A stretch of 64,000 nucleotides of DNA from Sedimentisphaerales bacterium (lineage in GTDB: Bacteria > Planctomycetota > Phycisphaerae > Sedimentisphaerales > Anaerobacaceae), in assembly GCA_963708075.1 (NCBI GenBank), contig OY970194.1:32001-96000 (forward strand). Reading direction: 5' to 3'. Below, piece by piece: positions 50,934-61,174 of the stretch; positions within the stretch are counted from its first letter, which is position 1; the number at the start of each line of letters is the position of its first letter. The position numbers were made by a program, and so were the translations under genes. A model generated the notes under the pieces. The model searched no databases, was not told the DNA's origin, and saw nothing but the letters and a program-made list of their open reading frames with translations.

Positions 50934-52433
50934 ATGCGAATCGCGATGTTATCCTGGGAATCATTGCACTCCATTGCCGTTGGAGGAGTCGCCGCCCATG
51001 TGACTGAATTGGCGGCTGCGCTGGCCAGGACAGGGCACCAGATCCATGTGTTTACGCGTCGCGCCTTTGGCCAGGCAGCTCACGACTGGACGGATGGGGT
51101 TCATTATCATCGGTGCACGTACCCGCCCCACGATGATTTCGTGGATGACGTCAACAACATGTGCCGGTCTTTTGTGGATCATGTCTTCGAGGTAGAGGAT
51201 ATGGTCGGCCGCTTCGACATTGTCCATGCACACGATTGGCTGACGGCCAACGCGATGATCTGGATCAAGCAGGGCCGCGGACACAAATGTCTGTTTACGA
51301 TCCACTCGACCGAATATGCCCGCTGCGGCAACGCCTTCCCAGCGGGTCGATCCGACCGTATCCGTTACCAGGAGCGGGCGGGGACCTACTGGGCAGATCG
51401 CGTGATCGCCGTCTCACAGGCGACCAAAGACGAGATCACCTGGATGTACGAGGTGCCACCCGGGAAGACGTCGGTGGTGTACAACGGCGTCAGCCCACAA
51501 CGCTTTGATCAACCTACCGACCCCGGCGCAGACAAACGGCACTATCACATCGGCCCCCTGGATCCCACGATCTTGTTCTGTGGTCGGCTATCCTGGCAGA
51601 AGGGCCCCGATATCCTGGTCGAAGCCATTCCTCCAATCCTCCGACGACATCCATCCTCGCGTTTCGTGTTTGCCGGTGATGGGGATATGAGGGATGCGCT
51701 GGAGTCGCGCATTCGCCAATTGGGCGTGGCGCACGCCGTGCGGTTCCTGGGCTATCGCAATGGAGATGAGCTGGTCCGCTTGTACAAGCTGGCGGAAGTG
51801 GTTTGCGTGCCAAGCCGCAATGAGCCATTCGGGATCGTCGTGCTCGAGGCCTGGAGCGCCGGCAAGCCGGTCATCGCAAGTCAGAACGGCGGTCCCGCGG
51901 AGTATGTCCGGCATGAAGTGAATGGGCTGAAGATCTACCCCAGTCCCGAGTCTGTTGCCTGGGGAGTGGGCCGCATGTTCTCCGATCTGGACCGGGCTCG
52001 GTGGATGGGCCGGAATGGACGGAAGGCGGTGCAGGAACGGTTCACCTGGGACACAATCACGGAACAAATGCTGGCCGTATACCAGGGGCTGTGTCCAAGC
52101 CGTGTAATGCTGCCGCACCGAGCGGTTGATAGAGTCCGGGCAGTGCTTGCGGAATCTCCCTGTGAGACATCGTGGGCCGGCGCCGTGGAGGAGAACTCGC
52201 TGGCGGTCATTGGCGTGGAGGGAACACATGGTTCATGCATTTCTGTGCAAGCCAGGCGCCATATCAGGGCCGCAGACCCCGAGGGACAAACTGACGACGC
52301 CTTGACCGCCGTCAAACGCTGTAATCAGCATAGGCGACGATTCCACGTACACCACAAACAGCAGCCGAGCATCGAAATGACGGCAGTTCCACAGGAAGTT
52401 CCGGCGGAGGATCTCGTGCTCGCGGCCCCTTAA
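50934..52433 (+). CDS. GT4-family glycosyltransferase
   Basis: MRIAMLSWES...GGV..HV.EL, HAHDWL, GRL..QKG.D.L, PSRNEPFGIV.LEA; the long C-terminal tail is poorly conserved. Confidence 0.9.
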   Translation: MRIAMLSWESLHSIAVGGVAAHVTELAAALARTGHQIHVFTRRAFGQAAHDWTDGVHYHRCTYPPHDDFVDDVNNMCRSFVDHVFEVEDMVGRFDIVHAHDWLTANAMIWIKQGRGHKCLFTIHSTEYARCGNAFPAGRSDRIRYQERAGTYWADRVIAVSQATKDEITWMYEVPPGKTSVVYNGVSPQRFDQPTDPGADKRHYHIGPLDPTILFCGRLSWQKGPDILVEAIPPILRRHPSSRFVFAGDGDMRDALESRIRQLGVAHAVRFLGYRNGDELVRLYKLAEVVCVPSRNEPFGIVVLEAWSAGKPVIASQNGGPAEYVRHEVNGLKIYPSPESVAWGVGRMFSDLDRARWMGRNGRKAVQERFTWDTITEQMLAVYQGLCPSRVMLPHRAVDRVRAVLAESPCETSWAGAVEENSLAVIGVEGTHGSCISVQARRHIRAADPEGQTDDALTAVKRCNQHRRRFHVHHKQQPSIEMTAVPQEVPAEDLVLAAP

Positions 52434-53137
52434 GGACATACTGATGGCACATGCCTGAGAATCCTGTCATTCTCCCCGTTTTTTACCGGCTTCGACGATC
52501 GGCTGTGGTCGATGGAGTTCGCCCGTAATTGTTGTCTCTCGTGCACGGAAGGCGAGGTCGAAAATGAGTATTCAATTTTGGTCGCAAGGCATTATTCTTG
52601 TGAACTTGCCTTGCAGGGCTCCGATTCGCCTGCCACAACGTCTTCCGGAGTAGCCCTTCCCAGTCCATGCCGTCATCCGCCGCTGTATCGAGGGCCGCTT
52701 TGATTGCCAGGAATAACCGGATGTTCTGTTCGGCCGTATCCAGTCTGTCCCTCTCGCCCGTAGGTAAAATGCTGCGGTAGTTGGGGCGAAATCCCTATTT
52801 GTGCGGGCGGCAGGCTTTGGCAAAGGTGGGGGAATGGTGTTCCAGGACATAAATCTTGTCTTTGCGTTGTTTGGATTCGTGTTTCTGATGCTCCTGTTCA
52901 GGGTGCCATTTGCGGCGGGGACGATCAAGACAGGCGTATTCCGCTTCACCCACTCCATGCAGATTCCACGTCTGCGGACTTTCGTAGACAGGCACGAAGT
53001 CCACAGGCGGAATTCCACGAGTACATAGGAAAAAGCACGGGGCTGTTTATCAGCCTCTCGCCACCGGCAGTCTGGATGGCTGCGGGCTAGGCCGCGAATC
53101 TCTGGGGGGTTCTCAGGGTAGTTGAAGGAGATTTGTC

Positions 53138-53599
53138 ATGTCAACACGTGCGAGCATCTATCGTCATCCCATCCATCCGATGCTCATCGTCTTCCCGCTG
53201 GGTCTGTGGATCTTCTCCGTCATCTGCTACGCGGTCTACCTGCTCAGCAGCGTGCCGGTGTGGCGTACGGTAGCCCTGTACGCGATGGCAGGGGGAATCG
53301 TCGGCGGGGTCATGGCGGCGATCCCCGGCGTGATTGACTTTCTGACGCTTCCCAAGTCAAGGGTGCAGACCATCGCACTGTCGCACATGATCTCGAACGT
53401 TGTTGCCCTGACTATCTTCATCATCACGTTTGCCTTGGCCGCGTTTGGACGCGAGCACAGCGTGGTTCCGTTGATCCTGGCCGCGTTTGGCCTGTTGGCA
53501 GTGGGCACGGGCGGCTGGCTGGGGGGAGCGCTCGTATATGAGCACGGCGTCGGTGTCGAGCACCTGCAGAGGCAGGAGGCCGAGTACCAGCACGTATAG
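53138..53599 (+). CDS. DUF2231 membrane protein
   Basis: HPIHPML..FP.GL, A..PG..D, H...N, GGWLGG.LVY.HG.GV. Confidence 0.88.
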   Translation: MSTRASIYRHPIHPMLIVFPLGLWIFSVICYAVYLLSSVPVWRTVALYAMAGGIVGGVMAAIPGVIDFLTLPKSRVQTIALSHMISNVVALTIFIITFALAAFGREHSVVPLILAAFGLLAVGTGGWLGGALVYEHGVGVEHLQRQEAEYQHV

Positions 53600-53690
53600 G
53601 ACTAACGCCAACCACATCAGGTGGCAAACAGCAGCATTTGTGCGGCCCATTCCTCCACTTGCTGATCTTCCTCAGCCTTTTGACTCGGAT

Positions 53691-53737
53691 AAATAGGGGA
53701 ACACCTTACTGACCCTGTGCCTGGCGGCCTGTACATT
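53691..53737 (+). promoter_or_regulatory. Degenerate regulon promoter copy upstream of the DUF1328-CsbD-ElaB cluster
   Basis: AAATAGGGGAACACCTTACT-N21-TACATT, same spacing as the other copies. Confidence 0.5.
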
Positions 53738-53927
53738 GAGCCATGCGGGCGGGTGGGTGTAGACTGCTTTGCCGGCCACCTGCCGCAACGCATCATGAAA
53801 TGGCGAATCTCAATGAGGGGGACGATAACCTGCAGCGACGGGCACATAGCACACCGAACAACGCTACGCAGGACAATACAAAGAGGATAATGAGCAAGCA
53901 TCGTTAGCCATGCTTGGGGAGTGAACC

Positions 53928-54110
53928 ATGGGTCTGTTAGGGTGGGCGTTGGCTTTCCTGATCGTGGCCGGCATTGCGGCGATATTCGGGTTTGGCGGTA
54001 TAGCCTCCGCCGCCGCAGGCATCGCCAAAGTACTGTTTTTCGTCTTCGTAGCCATTTTCGTCGTGTTGCTCGTCCTCGGATTACTTGGCGTCGGCGCAGT
54101 CACTGCATGA
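53928..54110 (+). CDS. DUF1328 (YtjA-like) small membrane protein
   Basis: LL.WAL.FL.VA.IAA.FGFGGIA.AAAGIAK.LF. Confidence 0.92.
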   Translation: MGLLGWALAFLIVAGIAAIFGFGGIASAAAGIAKVLFFVFVAIFVVLLVLGLLGVGAVTA

Positions 54111-54221
54111 CGGTCTGACGCAGGGGATCCCCCAACGGCTGTTCGCAGGATCACGGATGGTCGGACGGACAAACAAGAACCGGGGACTGCGCCTGGTGGA
54201 ATGGATAGAAGGGAACTCACG

Positions 54222-54398
54222 ATGAGTACGCTGTGCCAGAGAATGATCAGCCTGTTTATGGCGTTAGCGCTGACGGTGAGCACTATGGTCGTCCTGTCCG
54301 GCTGCGAAAGGAAATCAAAACCCGAGCGAGTCGGAGAAAAAGTCGGCGAAGCGGTCGAAGAGGCAGGCGAAGCGGTGGAGGAGGCGGGACGAGGGTAA
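54222..54398 (+). CDS. Small lipoprotein
   Basis: Lipobox LSGC then ER.GE.V.EAVEEAGEAVEEA. Confidence 0.7.
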   Translation: MSTLCQRMISLFMALALTVSTMVVLSGCERKSKPERVGEKVGEAVEEAGEAVEEAGRG

Positions 54399-54451
54399 TA
54401 CTGCCAACTGTTGTGACAGGCGTTGCACTACTCATGGGAAAGGGTATAGAG

Positions 54452-54649
54452 ATGAACCGGGATATCCTGGCAGGCAAATGGAAGCAATTAAAGGGTTCGG
54501 CAAAGCAGAAATGGGGGAAGTTGACGGATGATGATCTGGATCGCGTCGAGGGCTCGCGGGATGAGCTTATCGGCATGATTCAGGAGCGATACGGCAAGAG
54601 CCGTGAGGAGGCGGAGAGGGAGGTCGATGACTGGCAGATCCGTGTGTGA
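54452..54649 (+). CDS. CsbD/YjbJ-family stress protein
   Basis: MN.D...G.WKQ.KG..K..WGKLTDDDL....G.R..L.G.IQERYG. Confidence 0.95.
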   Translation: MNRDILAGKWKQLKGSAKQKWGKLTDDDLDRVEGSRDELIGMIQERYGKSREEAEREVDDWQIRV

Positions 54650-54693
54650 CCCCTGGATTTCACTTCGACTTCACAATGGAAAGGAGTGGCTAC

Positions 54694-55047
54694 ATGGCGC
54701 GGACAGACTCTGAAGAAATGACAAGTGCCGATATTGAGAACTTGAAAGCGGATATCCAGAAGCTGCGGGATGATCTTGGGGACATGCTGGGTTCCATCGG
54801 CTCCTATAGTAAAGAGAGACTGGCGGATACCCGGGACAAGTTGATGGCCGCCGTCGAGGACTTGGAGGGAAAGGCCTACGACCGGCTGCACGGAACCGCG
54901 CGTACCGTGCGCGACCGTGGCCATCGGGCCGTCGATGCATCGAGGGGGGCGGTGGAGCAGAAGCCGTTGACGTATGTCGTGACTGCTTTCATTGCCGGGG
55001 CGATTCTTGCGTCCTTCTTCGGATGGAAGAAGTCATCATGCGACTGA
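54694..55047 (+). CDS. DUF883 (ElaB/YqjD-like) tail-anchored protein
   Basis: Helical N-terminus, V...PL.....AF..G..L C-terminal TM helix plus basic tail. Confidence 0.8.
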   Translation: MARTDSEEMTSADIENLKADIQKLRDDLGDMLGSIGSYSKERLADTRDKLMAAVEDLEGKAYDRLHGTARTVRDRGHRAVDASRGAVEQKPLTYVVTAFIAGAILASFFGWKKSSCD

Positions 55048-55355
55048 TGAGAGACCTGGTGATGACGGTCGGCGACGCCCTGCGGCTATCCAGCGATCTG
55101 ATGCGATACAGGGTGGAGATGCAGAAACGGGTCATCCAGCGTGCCGTAAGTCGCCTGACGATGTACCTGGCAGTCTTCATGGCCAGCATTATTCTGGCGG
55201 GGGTAGGCGTGGGATTCATCCTGTACGGGATCTTCATCCTGCTTGCGGCGGCGATCGCCTCCGGCGCGGCGGCGGGTCTGATCATGGGCTTTGTCCTGCT
55301 GCTGGTGGCGATCTCCACGGCCGTTCTTGGCCGCAACCTTCTGAGCCGGCCCTGA
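55038..55355 (+). CDS. Two-TM membrane protein (YqjE/holin-like)
   Basis: Two hydrophobic helices; follows the DUF883 gene as in yqjDE. Confidence 0.6.
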   Translation: MRLMRDLVMTVGDALRLSSDLMRYRVEMQKRVIQRAVSRLTMYLAVFMASIILAGVGVGFILYGIFILLAAAIASGAAAGLIMGFVLLLVAISTAVLGRNLLSRP

Positions 55356-55479
55356 TCGCGGGCACGGACATGGGTCTGCAGGAAGTCCCGCCAGGGTGAA
55401 GACTCGCTCCACCGTGACGGAAAGCAGATGGATGCCGTCGTCGATACGGATTCGAGACAAAACAGAGGGATGGTGTGCT

Positions 55480-55962
55480 ATGGCAGATGCAGAAGGAATC
55501 GTACCAGCGACCGAAGAGCGGGTAGAAGTGAATACGGAAGAGGAGATCAACCGCAGAATCCGCAAGGAGTTGGAAGCGTGCGTGTACTACTATGCACAGT
55601 GGCCGGAGGAGATCGACAACCGACTGGACGAGTTGGACCGTGAGTGGGACATGGAGAGGATGCTGGAGACGAGTGCAGGCATTTTCTCGGTGGCAGGTGT
55701 GACCTTTGGCTCCATGCACCGCAGGTGGTTTGTTCTGCCCGCCCTCGTCGGGGCGTTCCTTCTTCAGCACGCGATCCAGGGCTGGTGCCCGCCGGTATCC
55801 GTCCTGCGCCGGATGGGGGTACGCACGACGCACGAGATCAACCACGAGCGGCTTGCCCTCAAGGCGCTGCGGGGTGACTTCGACAATGTACGTATGGGAG
55901 GCGAGCAGAACCCGCAGGAGCGTGCCCGTCGGGCGATCGAGGCAGCCGATCTGTACCTGTAG
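55480..55962 (+). CDS. DUF2892/YgaP-like membrane protein
   Basis: RL.ELD.EWD.ER.LE, FLLQHA.QGWCPP...RR.G.RT..EI..ER.ALK.LRGDF. Confidence 0.8.
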   Translation: MADAEGIVPATEERVEVNTEEEINRRIRKELEACVYYYAQWPEEIDNRLDELDREWDMERMLETSAGIFSVAGVTFGSMHRRWFVLPALVGAFLLQHAIQGWCPPVSVLRRMGVRTTHEINHERLALKALRGDFDNVRMGGEQNPQERARRAIEAADLYL

Positions 55963-56115
55963 TCCTGCCGGCAGATGTAGTGAGCGGCCGAGAAGACCCC
56001 GGTGTGCTCTCTTGAGCCCTTTATTCCTGCCGCAGGCGGATGTCAGGCCTGTCAGCGAGGCCGGCATCTGTTTCAGATATATTGAGTAGCCTTTTGAGAC
56101 GAACAGAGGTGAACT

Positions 56116-56565
56116 ATGGATATCTTCGAAGTCCTCACGGCGGACCATGAGAAAGTCAGCAAGATACTGGAGCAAATGCAACAGACCTCTAACCGAGCCA
56201 CAGGCCGAAGGGAGAAGCTTCTGCAAAACCTCGCCGCCCACCTCCTGCCGCACATGTATGCCGAGGAGCAGTACTTCTACCAGATCCTGCTCGACGAGAC
56301 CTCGGAGCAGGAGGATTTGTACTCGGCGCTGGAGGAGCACAGGGCGGCCAAGATGGTGCTCTCGGACCTGACCGAGGCGGCGGCGGACGATCCACGCTGG
56401 ATGGCCAGACTGAAGGTCCTCAAGGAAATGATCGAGCACCACGTCGAGGAAGAGGAAAGCACGATCTTTGACATTGCACGCGAGGTGATCGATGAGGATC
56501 GTTCGGACGAAGTCGCCAGGAGATTCAAGGAACTGAAGAAGGAAGCTCCGACGGTGACGGCATAG
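56116..56565 (+). CDS. Hemerythrin-domain protein
   Basis: L..DH, H...EE..FY, EEH, HH..EEE...F. Confidence 0.9.
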   Translation: MDIFEVLTADHEKVSKILEQMQQTSNRATGRREKLLQNLAAHLLPHMYAEEQYFYQILLDETSEQEDLYSALEEHRAAKMVLSDLTEAAADDPRWMARLKVLKEMIEHHVEEEESTIFDIAREVIDEDRSDEVARRFKELKKEAPTVTA

Positions 56566-56677
56566 ACAGCCCGTACATGACCGGACAGGTCCTCCATCCC
56601 AACGGCGGCCGGATCGTCAACGGCTGATCCAGAGCCGAGAGAATCACACGCAGACTCCAATATCAGGAGAAAGAACC

Positions 56678-56911
56678 ATGCCTGCCAAGACGAAGAAGGA
56701 ACTGCCCAAAGGGGTCAAAGGCGCTTTGCCTGACAAAGCACAGGAGATTTATCGCAAGGCGTATAACAAGGCCTACGACGAGTACGAGGACACGAGCAAG
56801 CGGCGGGGCAGTGTATCTCGCGAAGAGACTGCCAGCAAAGTGGCCTGGTCGGCCGTCAAAGGAAAATACGAAAAGAGTAATGACGGCAAATGGCATCCGA
56901 AGAAGAAGTAG
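56678..56911 (+). CDS. ChaB-family protein
   Basis: LP..V...LP..AQ.IY..A.N.A...Y, A..VAW.AVK..Y.K...G.W. Confidence 0.9.
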   Translation: MPAKTKKELPKGVKGALPDKAQEIYRKAYNKAYDEYEDTSKRRGSVSREETASKVAWSAVKGKYEKSNDGKWHPKKK

Positions 56912-57202
56912 GGCCGCTGTAGCCAGTGGAAATGCAGGAACATTTCCTGCCTCGCGTAGGTAAGCGGAGTACCCGCTTTGCGGCTTTTCCCCACGGGGTG
57001 CTCAAGGATGCCTATGTTAGCGTGAGCGTTGCGATAAGCCGGCTGAGATCATTGCTGCGGACGACGCCAGGAGGACGGTTCAGCAAATGACGGAAAGGAT
57101 ACTAATCACGGGGGCGCCGGCTTCGTCGTCTGGAGGAGCTTCCCCTGGCCATGCGGGACATGGAAGATCGCCCTGAGGGGTTTCTGAAAGGCTTGGTATC
57201 TT

Positions 57203-58319
57203 ATGACTGACACTGCACCGAGGCAGTCGGCAGGGCAGGCTGCACGATTCACGCCGGGAAAGATGAGGTTCGGATTCGTCGGCGTTGGATGGATTGGACG
57301 AAGCCGTCTCCAGGCCCTTGCGGACAGTGGCTTAGCGGAGGTCGCCGCCATCGTGGATCCGGACCCGGCCAGCATTGAGGCCTGCGAGAAACTCGCTCCG
57401 GAAGCCCAGGTATTCGACAGTCTCGACGAGTTGCTCGCACAGGACCTGGACGCCGTGGTGATTGCCACGCCAAGCGCCTTGCATGCGGAACAGTCCATCG
57501 AGGCATTGAACCGGGGCTTTGCCGTATTCTGCCAAAAACCACTCGGCAGGAACGGCCTTGAGGTAAAGAGGGTGGTCGAAGCAGCGCGGCGGGCCGATCG
57601 ATTGCTGGGCGTTGACCTGTCGTACCGCTGGACCCGGGCGGCATTGGCCATGCGGGACACCGTTCGTTCGGGCCGCATCGGCAGGGTATTCCACGCGGAC
57701 CTGGTGTTCCACAGTGCTTATGGACCCGACAAACCCTGGTTCTATGATCTTCGTCTCGCCGGCGGCGGCTGTGTCATCGATCTTGGCGTTCACCTGGTCG
57801 ATCTTGCCCTGTGGGCGCTCGGTTTTCCGGAGGTGATCGAGAACCAGCAGCCGCCTTTATAATAAAGGCGTGCTGCTGCGGCGAAACAGCGCGGTCGTGG
57901 AGGACTTTGCCACCGCGCAACTGCTGACCGCGGAAAACGCCAGCGTAACCCTGCAATGCTCGTGGAATCTCCACGTCGGCTGTGACGCCGTGATCGCGGC
58001 CAGATTTTATGGGGAACGCGGAGCAGTCACGTTCGAGAATATCAACGGGTCCTTCTACGATTTCCTCGCGCGCCTGTGCACCGGCACGAAAGCCACGAGC
58101 CTGGCGGAGCCGCCTGATTCGTGGCCCGGGCGGGCGGCCGTCGAATGGGCCCGCAGATTGCAGAGCAGCCAACGATTCAACAATGACGCGGAAGAACACA
58201 TTGCTGTTGCACAAATCCTGGATCGCCTCTATGGGCGCGAGATCCAGAAAGGTGGTATCCACAATATCGAAATCATCCAAAGTCACGACGGATCACGACA
58301 CTATTCGCAAGTGGGCTGA
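57203..58319 (+). CDS. Gfo/Idh/MocA oxidoreductase, frameshift near 57845
   Basis: GF.G.GWIG, IATPS..H, FCQKP, DLSYR, GGG...DLG.H..D; VED.A.A...CSW in ORF 57870-58319. Confidence 0.85.
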
Positions 58320-58334
58320 GGCTGGTGTCATCAC

Positions 58335-59446
58335 ATGACTGATTCTCTGGACATTGTGGTGCTTGGGCTGACGATCACGTCGTCCTGGGGCAACGGCCAC
58401 GCCACGACGTACCAAGCTCTGCTGCGGGCGTTGTCCCGGCGAGGGCATCAAGTGATCTTTCTGGAACGGGATAAGCCGTGGTACCGGGACCATCGCGACA
58501 TGCCGAGCCCGCCGTTCTGCGATACGATTCTCTATCAGAACCTTGGCCAGCTCAAACGCGAGCATACAAGAGCCATCCGGCGGGCGGATCTCGTGGTGGT
58601 CGGCTCCTATGTGCCCGAGGGGATCGAAGTCGGCCGCTGGGTCTGTTCCAATGCCTCCGCCACGGCGTTCTATGATATCGATACACCGGTGACTCTCCGC
58701 AAGCTGGCGGCGGGAGGCTGCGAGTATCTTGCGCCGAGCTCATACCGTGCTACGATCTCTATTTCTCCTTCACGGGCGGAGGCACGCTCGATCGCCTGGA
58801 GCAGGTGTATGGGTCGCCTCGTGCCCGTGCCTTGTATTGCTCGGTCGATCCGGCCAACTACTACCCCGAGGGTGTGGAATCCGAGTATGACCTTGGCTAC
58901 ATGGGCACGTACATCGCGGATCGCCAACCTGCCTTGCAAGGGCTCCTGGTGGAACCGGCGCAACTATGGCCATCGGGGCGTTTTGTCGTGGCGGGGCCGC
59001 AGTATCCGGGCTCGGTCCGTTGGCCGGCGAATGTGATGAGGATCGAGCATCTCGCCCCGTCGGATCACCGCAGGTTCTATAACAAGCAACGCTTTACGCT
59101 GAATGTCACGCGTGCCGACATGCGCGAGGCCGGGTACTCGCCGAGTGTGCGGCTCTTCGAGGCGGCCGCCTGCGGCACGCCGATCATCACTGATTCCTGG
59201 CCCGGTCTCGACACGATCTTCGATCCTCAGGAGGAAATCCTGGTCAGTCACAGCCCCGGCCAGACGCTTTCGTACCTGCGTGACATGGACGAGCATCACA
59301 GACGTGCCGTAGCTCACAAAGCGAGACAGCGAGTGTTGGGCAATCACACGGCGGATCACCGTGCGGCGGAGTTTGAACAACACGCGTACGGTCTTCTGGG
59401 ATTGTCGAGGAAGACAGTGGAAGTTGGATTCGCCGAGAACCTGTAA
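58335..59446 (+). CDS. CgeB-family (spore-maturation type) glycosyltransferase, frameshift near 58738
   Basis: GL.ITSSWGNGHATTY..L, FYDIDTPVT; LYCSVDP, Y.GTY..DRQ, LN.TR..M...G.SPSVRLFEAAACG. Confidence 0.88.
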
Positions 59447-59464
59447 TGTCGAGAGAGTCACCCA

Positions 59465-60541
59465 TCACGTTGGAACGAAACTTGTCGAATCCTCGGACTG
59501 CGGGGCAAAATCGTCGGCGGTCTCCATGACCCTGCTGCTCCCTCGCATTGCCGGGTCCACCGGCGAGGTTTCGCACCTACCCACGGCAAGGCGGTTCTCT
59601 TCGAGCTGCTTGCGGAAGTAGGTGATGGTCGCCCGCAGCCCCGTGTTGAGGTTCGTAGTGGGTTGCCAGCCCAGCAGGGCGTGAGCCCGTGAAATATCAG
59701 GCTGCCGCCGGACGGGATCATCCTGGGGCAACGACTCAAACTGAATATGGGATTGAGAGTGGGTCAACACGAGGACCCGCTTGGCCAGATGCAGCACAGT
59801 CACTTCATGGGGATTGCCAAGGTTCAGCGGCCCCATAATGCCGGGGGGACTTTCCATCAAGGTGACGAGCCCGTCAACCATGTCCTTGGCAAAGCAGAAG
59901 CTCCTCGTCTGATGCCCATCGCCGTAGACGGTCAACGGCTGTTGCTTCAATGCCTGCACGACGAAGTTACTCACGACCCGTCCATCGTCCGGGTCCATTC
60001 GCGGACCGTAGGTGTTGAAGATGCGCGCGATCTTTATCCTGACGCCGTACCGCCTCTGGTAGTCGAAGAACAGAGTCTCCGCGCACCGTTTGCCCTCGTC
60101 ATAGCAGGCCCGCACGCCGTCGGGGTTCACATTGCCCCAGTACGTCTCGCATTGAGGATGCTGTTCCGGATCGCCGTACACTTCGGAGGTGGAGGTCTGG
60201 AGGATTCTGGCCTTGTGGCGGACCGCCAGATCGAGAAGATTGACGGCCCCGTATACGGAAGTCTTCAGCGTCTGGATGGGATCCGCCTGGTAGTGCACCG
60301 GTGACGCCGGGCAGGCCAGGTTGTAGATTTCATCCACTCTCAATTCCAGACGCTCCACAACATCATGTTTCAGGAGTCGAAAATTCCTGTGTACAAGCAG
60401 ATGAGAAATGTTTTTCAGTCTGCCGGTCTGAAAGTTGTCCAGACAGAAGACACGATGACCCTCGGCGAGCAGCCGTTCACACAGGTGGGACCCGAGAAAA
60501 CCGGCCCCGCCGGTGACAAGGATGCGTTTTTCACGTATCAT
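59465..60541 (-). CDS. UDP-glucuronate decarboxylase (UXS-like SDR)
   Basis: [56 protein letters not shown]. Confidence 0.93.
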   Translation of the reverse strand: MIREKRILVTGGAGFLGSHLCERLLAEGHRVFCLDNFQTGRLKNISHLLVHRNFRLLKHDVVERLELRVDEIYNLACPASPVHYQADPIQTLKTSVYGAVNLLDLAVRHKARILQTSTSEVYGDPEQHPQCETYWGNVNPDGVRACYDEGKRCAETLFFDYQRRYGVRIKIARIFNTYGPRMDPDDGRVVSNFVVQALKQQPLTVYGDGHQTRSFCFAKDMVDGLVTLMESPPGIMGPLNLGNPHEVTVLHLAKRVLVLTHSQSHIQFESLPQDDPVRRQPDISRAHALLGWQPTTNLNTGLRATITYFRKQLEENRLAVGRCETSPVDPAMRGSSRVMETADDFAPQSEDSTSFVPT

Positions 60542-61174
60542 TCCGCACCTTTCCCCTGGTGTTCCTGGAAACTGATCCTGCTCCTTTCGTCCTGCGGCGA
60601 CGGCGCAGGCAGGCTGTCGCCGCGAACGCCTTCAGGACCGACCGATATCGACGTCAGGGCGTCTGGGTGCGCCGCGGCGCGCCGGCTTTCCATCCCACAG
60701 ATGAATCCCTTGACGACAAACGAATAGACGTTTCATGCGCCGGCGCGAGTTGATCAGAGACTTGTGTACATACGTATTGAGGGGCGTGCCATGGTTTGCG
60801 ATGGGAGGAACCGCCGGAAGAAGGCCGCGAATAGAGTGGATCGCCGGCGGCATCCGAATGATCACGTCTTCCTGAGCGATGAATGGCCAATCCCATAATC
60901 ATGATGCTTATTTTGCCGTTTTGTCCGGGTGGCTCAAGGAAGGGAGATGCTTAACCCAGGGTGTCATTTTCCTTACGGGAATGAGAGTGTGGGTGTCCGC
61001 AAGGCGGCAAGCGTCACGGTGCCCCGGGCTGCCATACGAACTCTCCGACGGTCCTCGCCGGATTTGTCCAATTCCAGGTTTCCCATGTGGACGTGCTGTG
61101 GTATCCTGTCACCGTGAAAGTGCTGTCACTGGAGGCTCTTGCGAGCCTGGGGTTCCACGTGGAAAGGAGCTGAG

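Noticed and set aside
52483..53028. Short overlapping ORFs between the GT4 and DUF2231 genes
   Set aside because: No recognisable motif or convincing RBS; cannot choose a frame
36591..53737. Repeated GGGTAGGGTTATACCCCATA as a CRISPR repeat or att site
   Set aside because: Copies are kilobases apart, degenerate and at fixed distance from -10 hexamers; no spacers, cas genes or integrase
54988..55355. Holin-like and lysozyme-like genes as a prophage lysis module
   Set aside because: They are 4 kb apart with no phage genes; the two-TM protein sits in a yqjD/yqjE-like stress context
56956..57023. Possible seventh regulon box (TTTGCGGCTTTTCCCCAC) upstream of the oxidoreductase
   Set aside because: Poor left half-site and -10 spacing off by at least 1 nt
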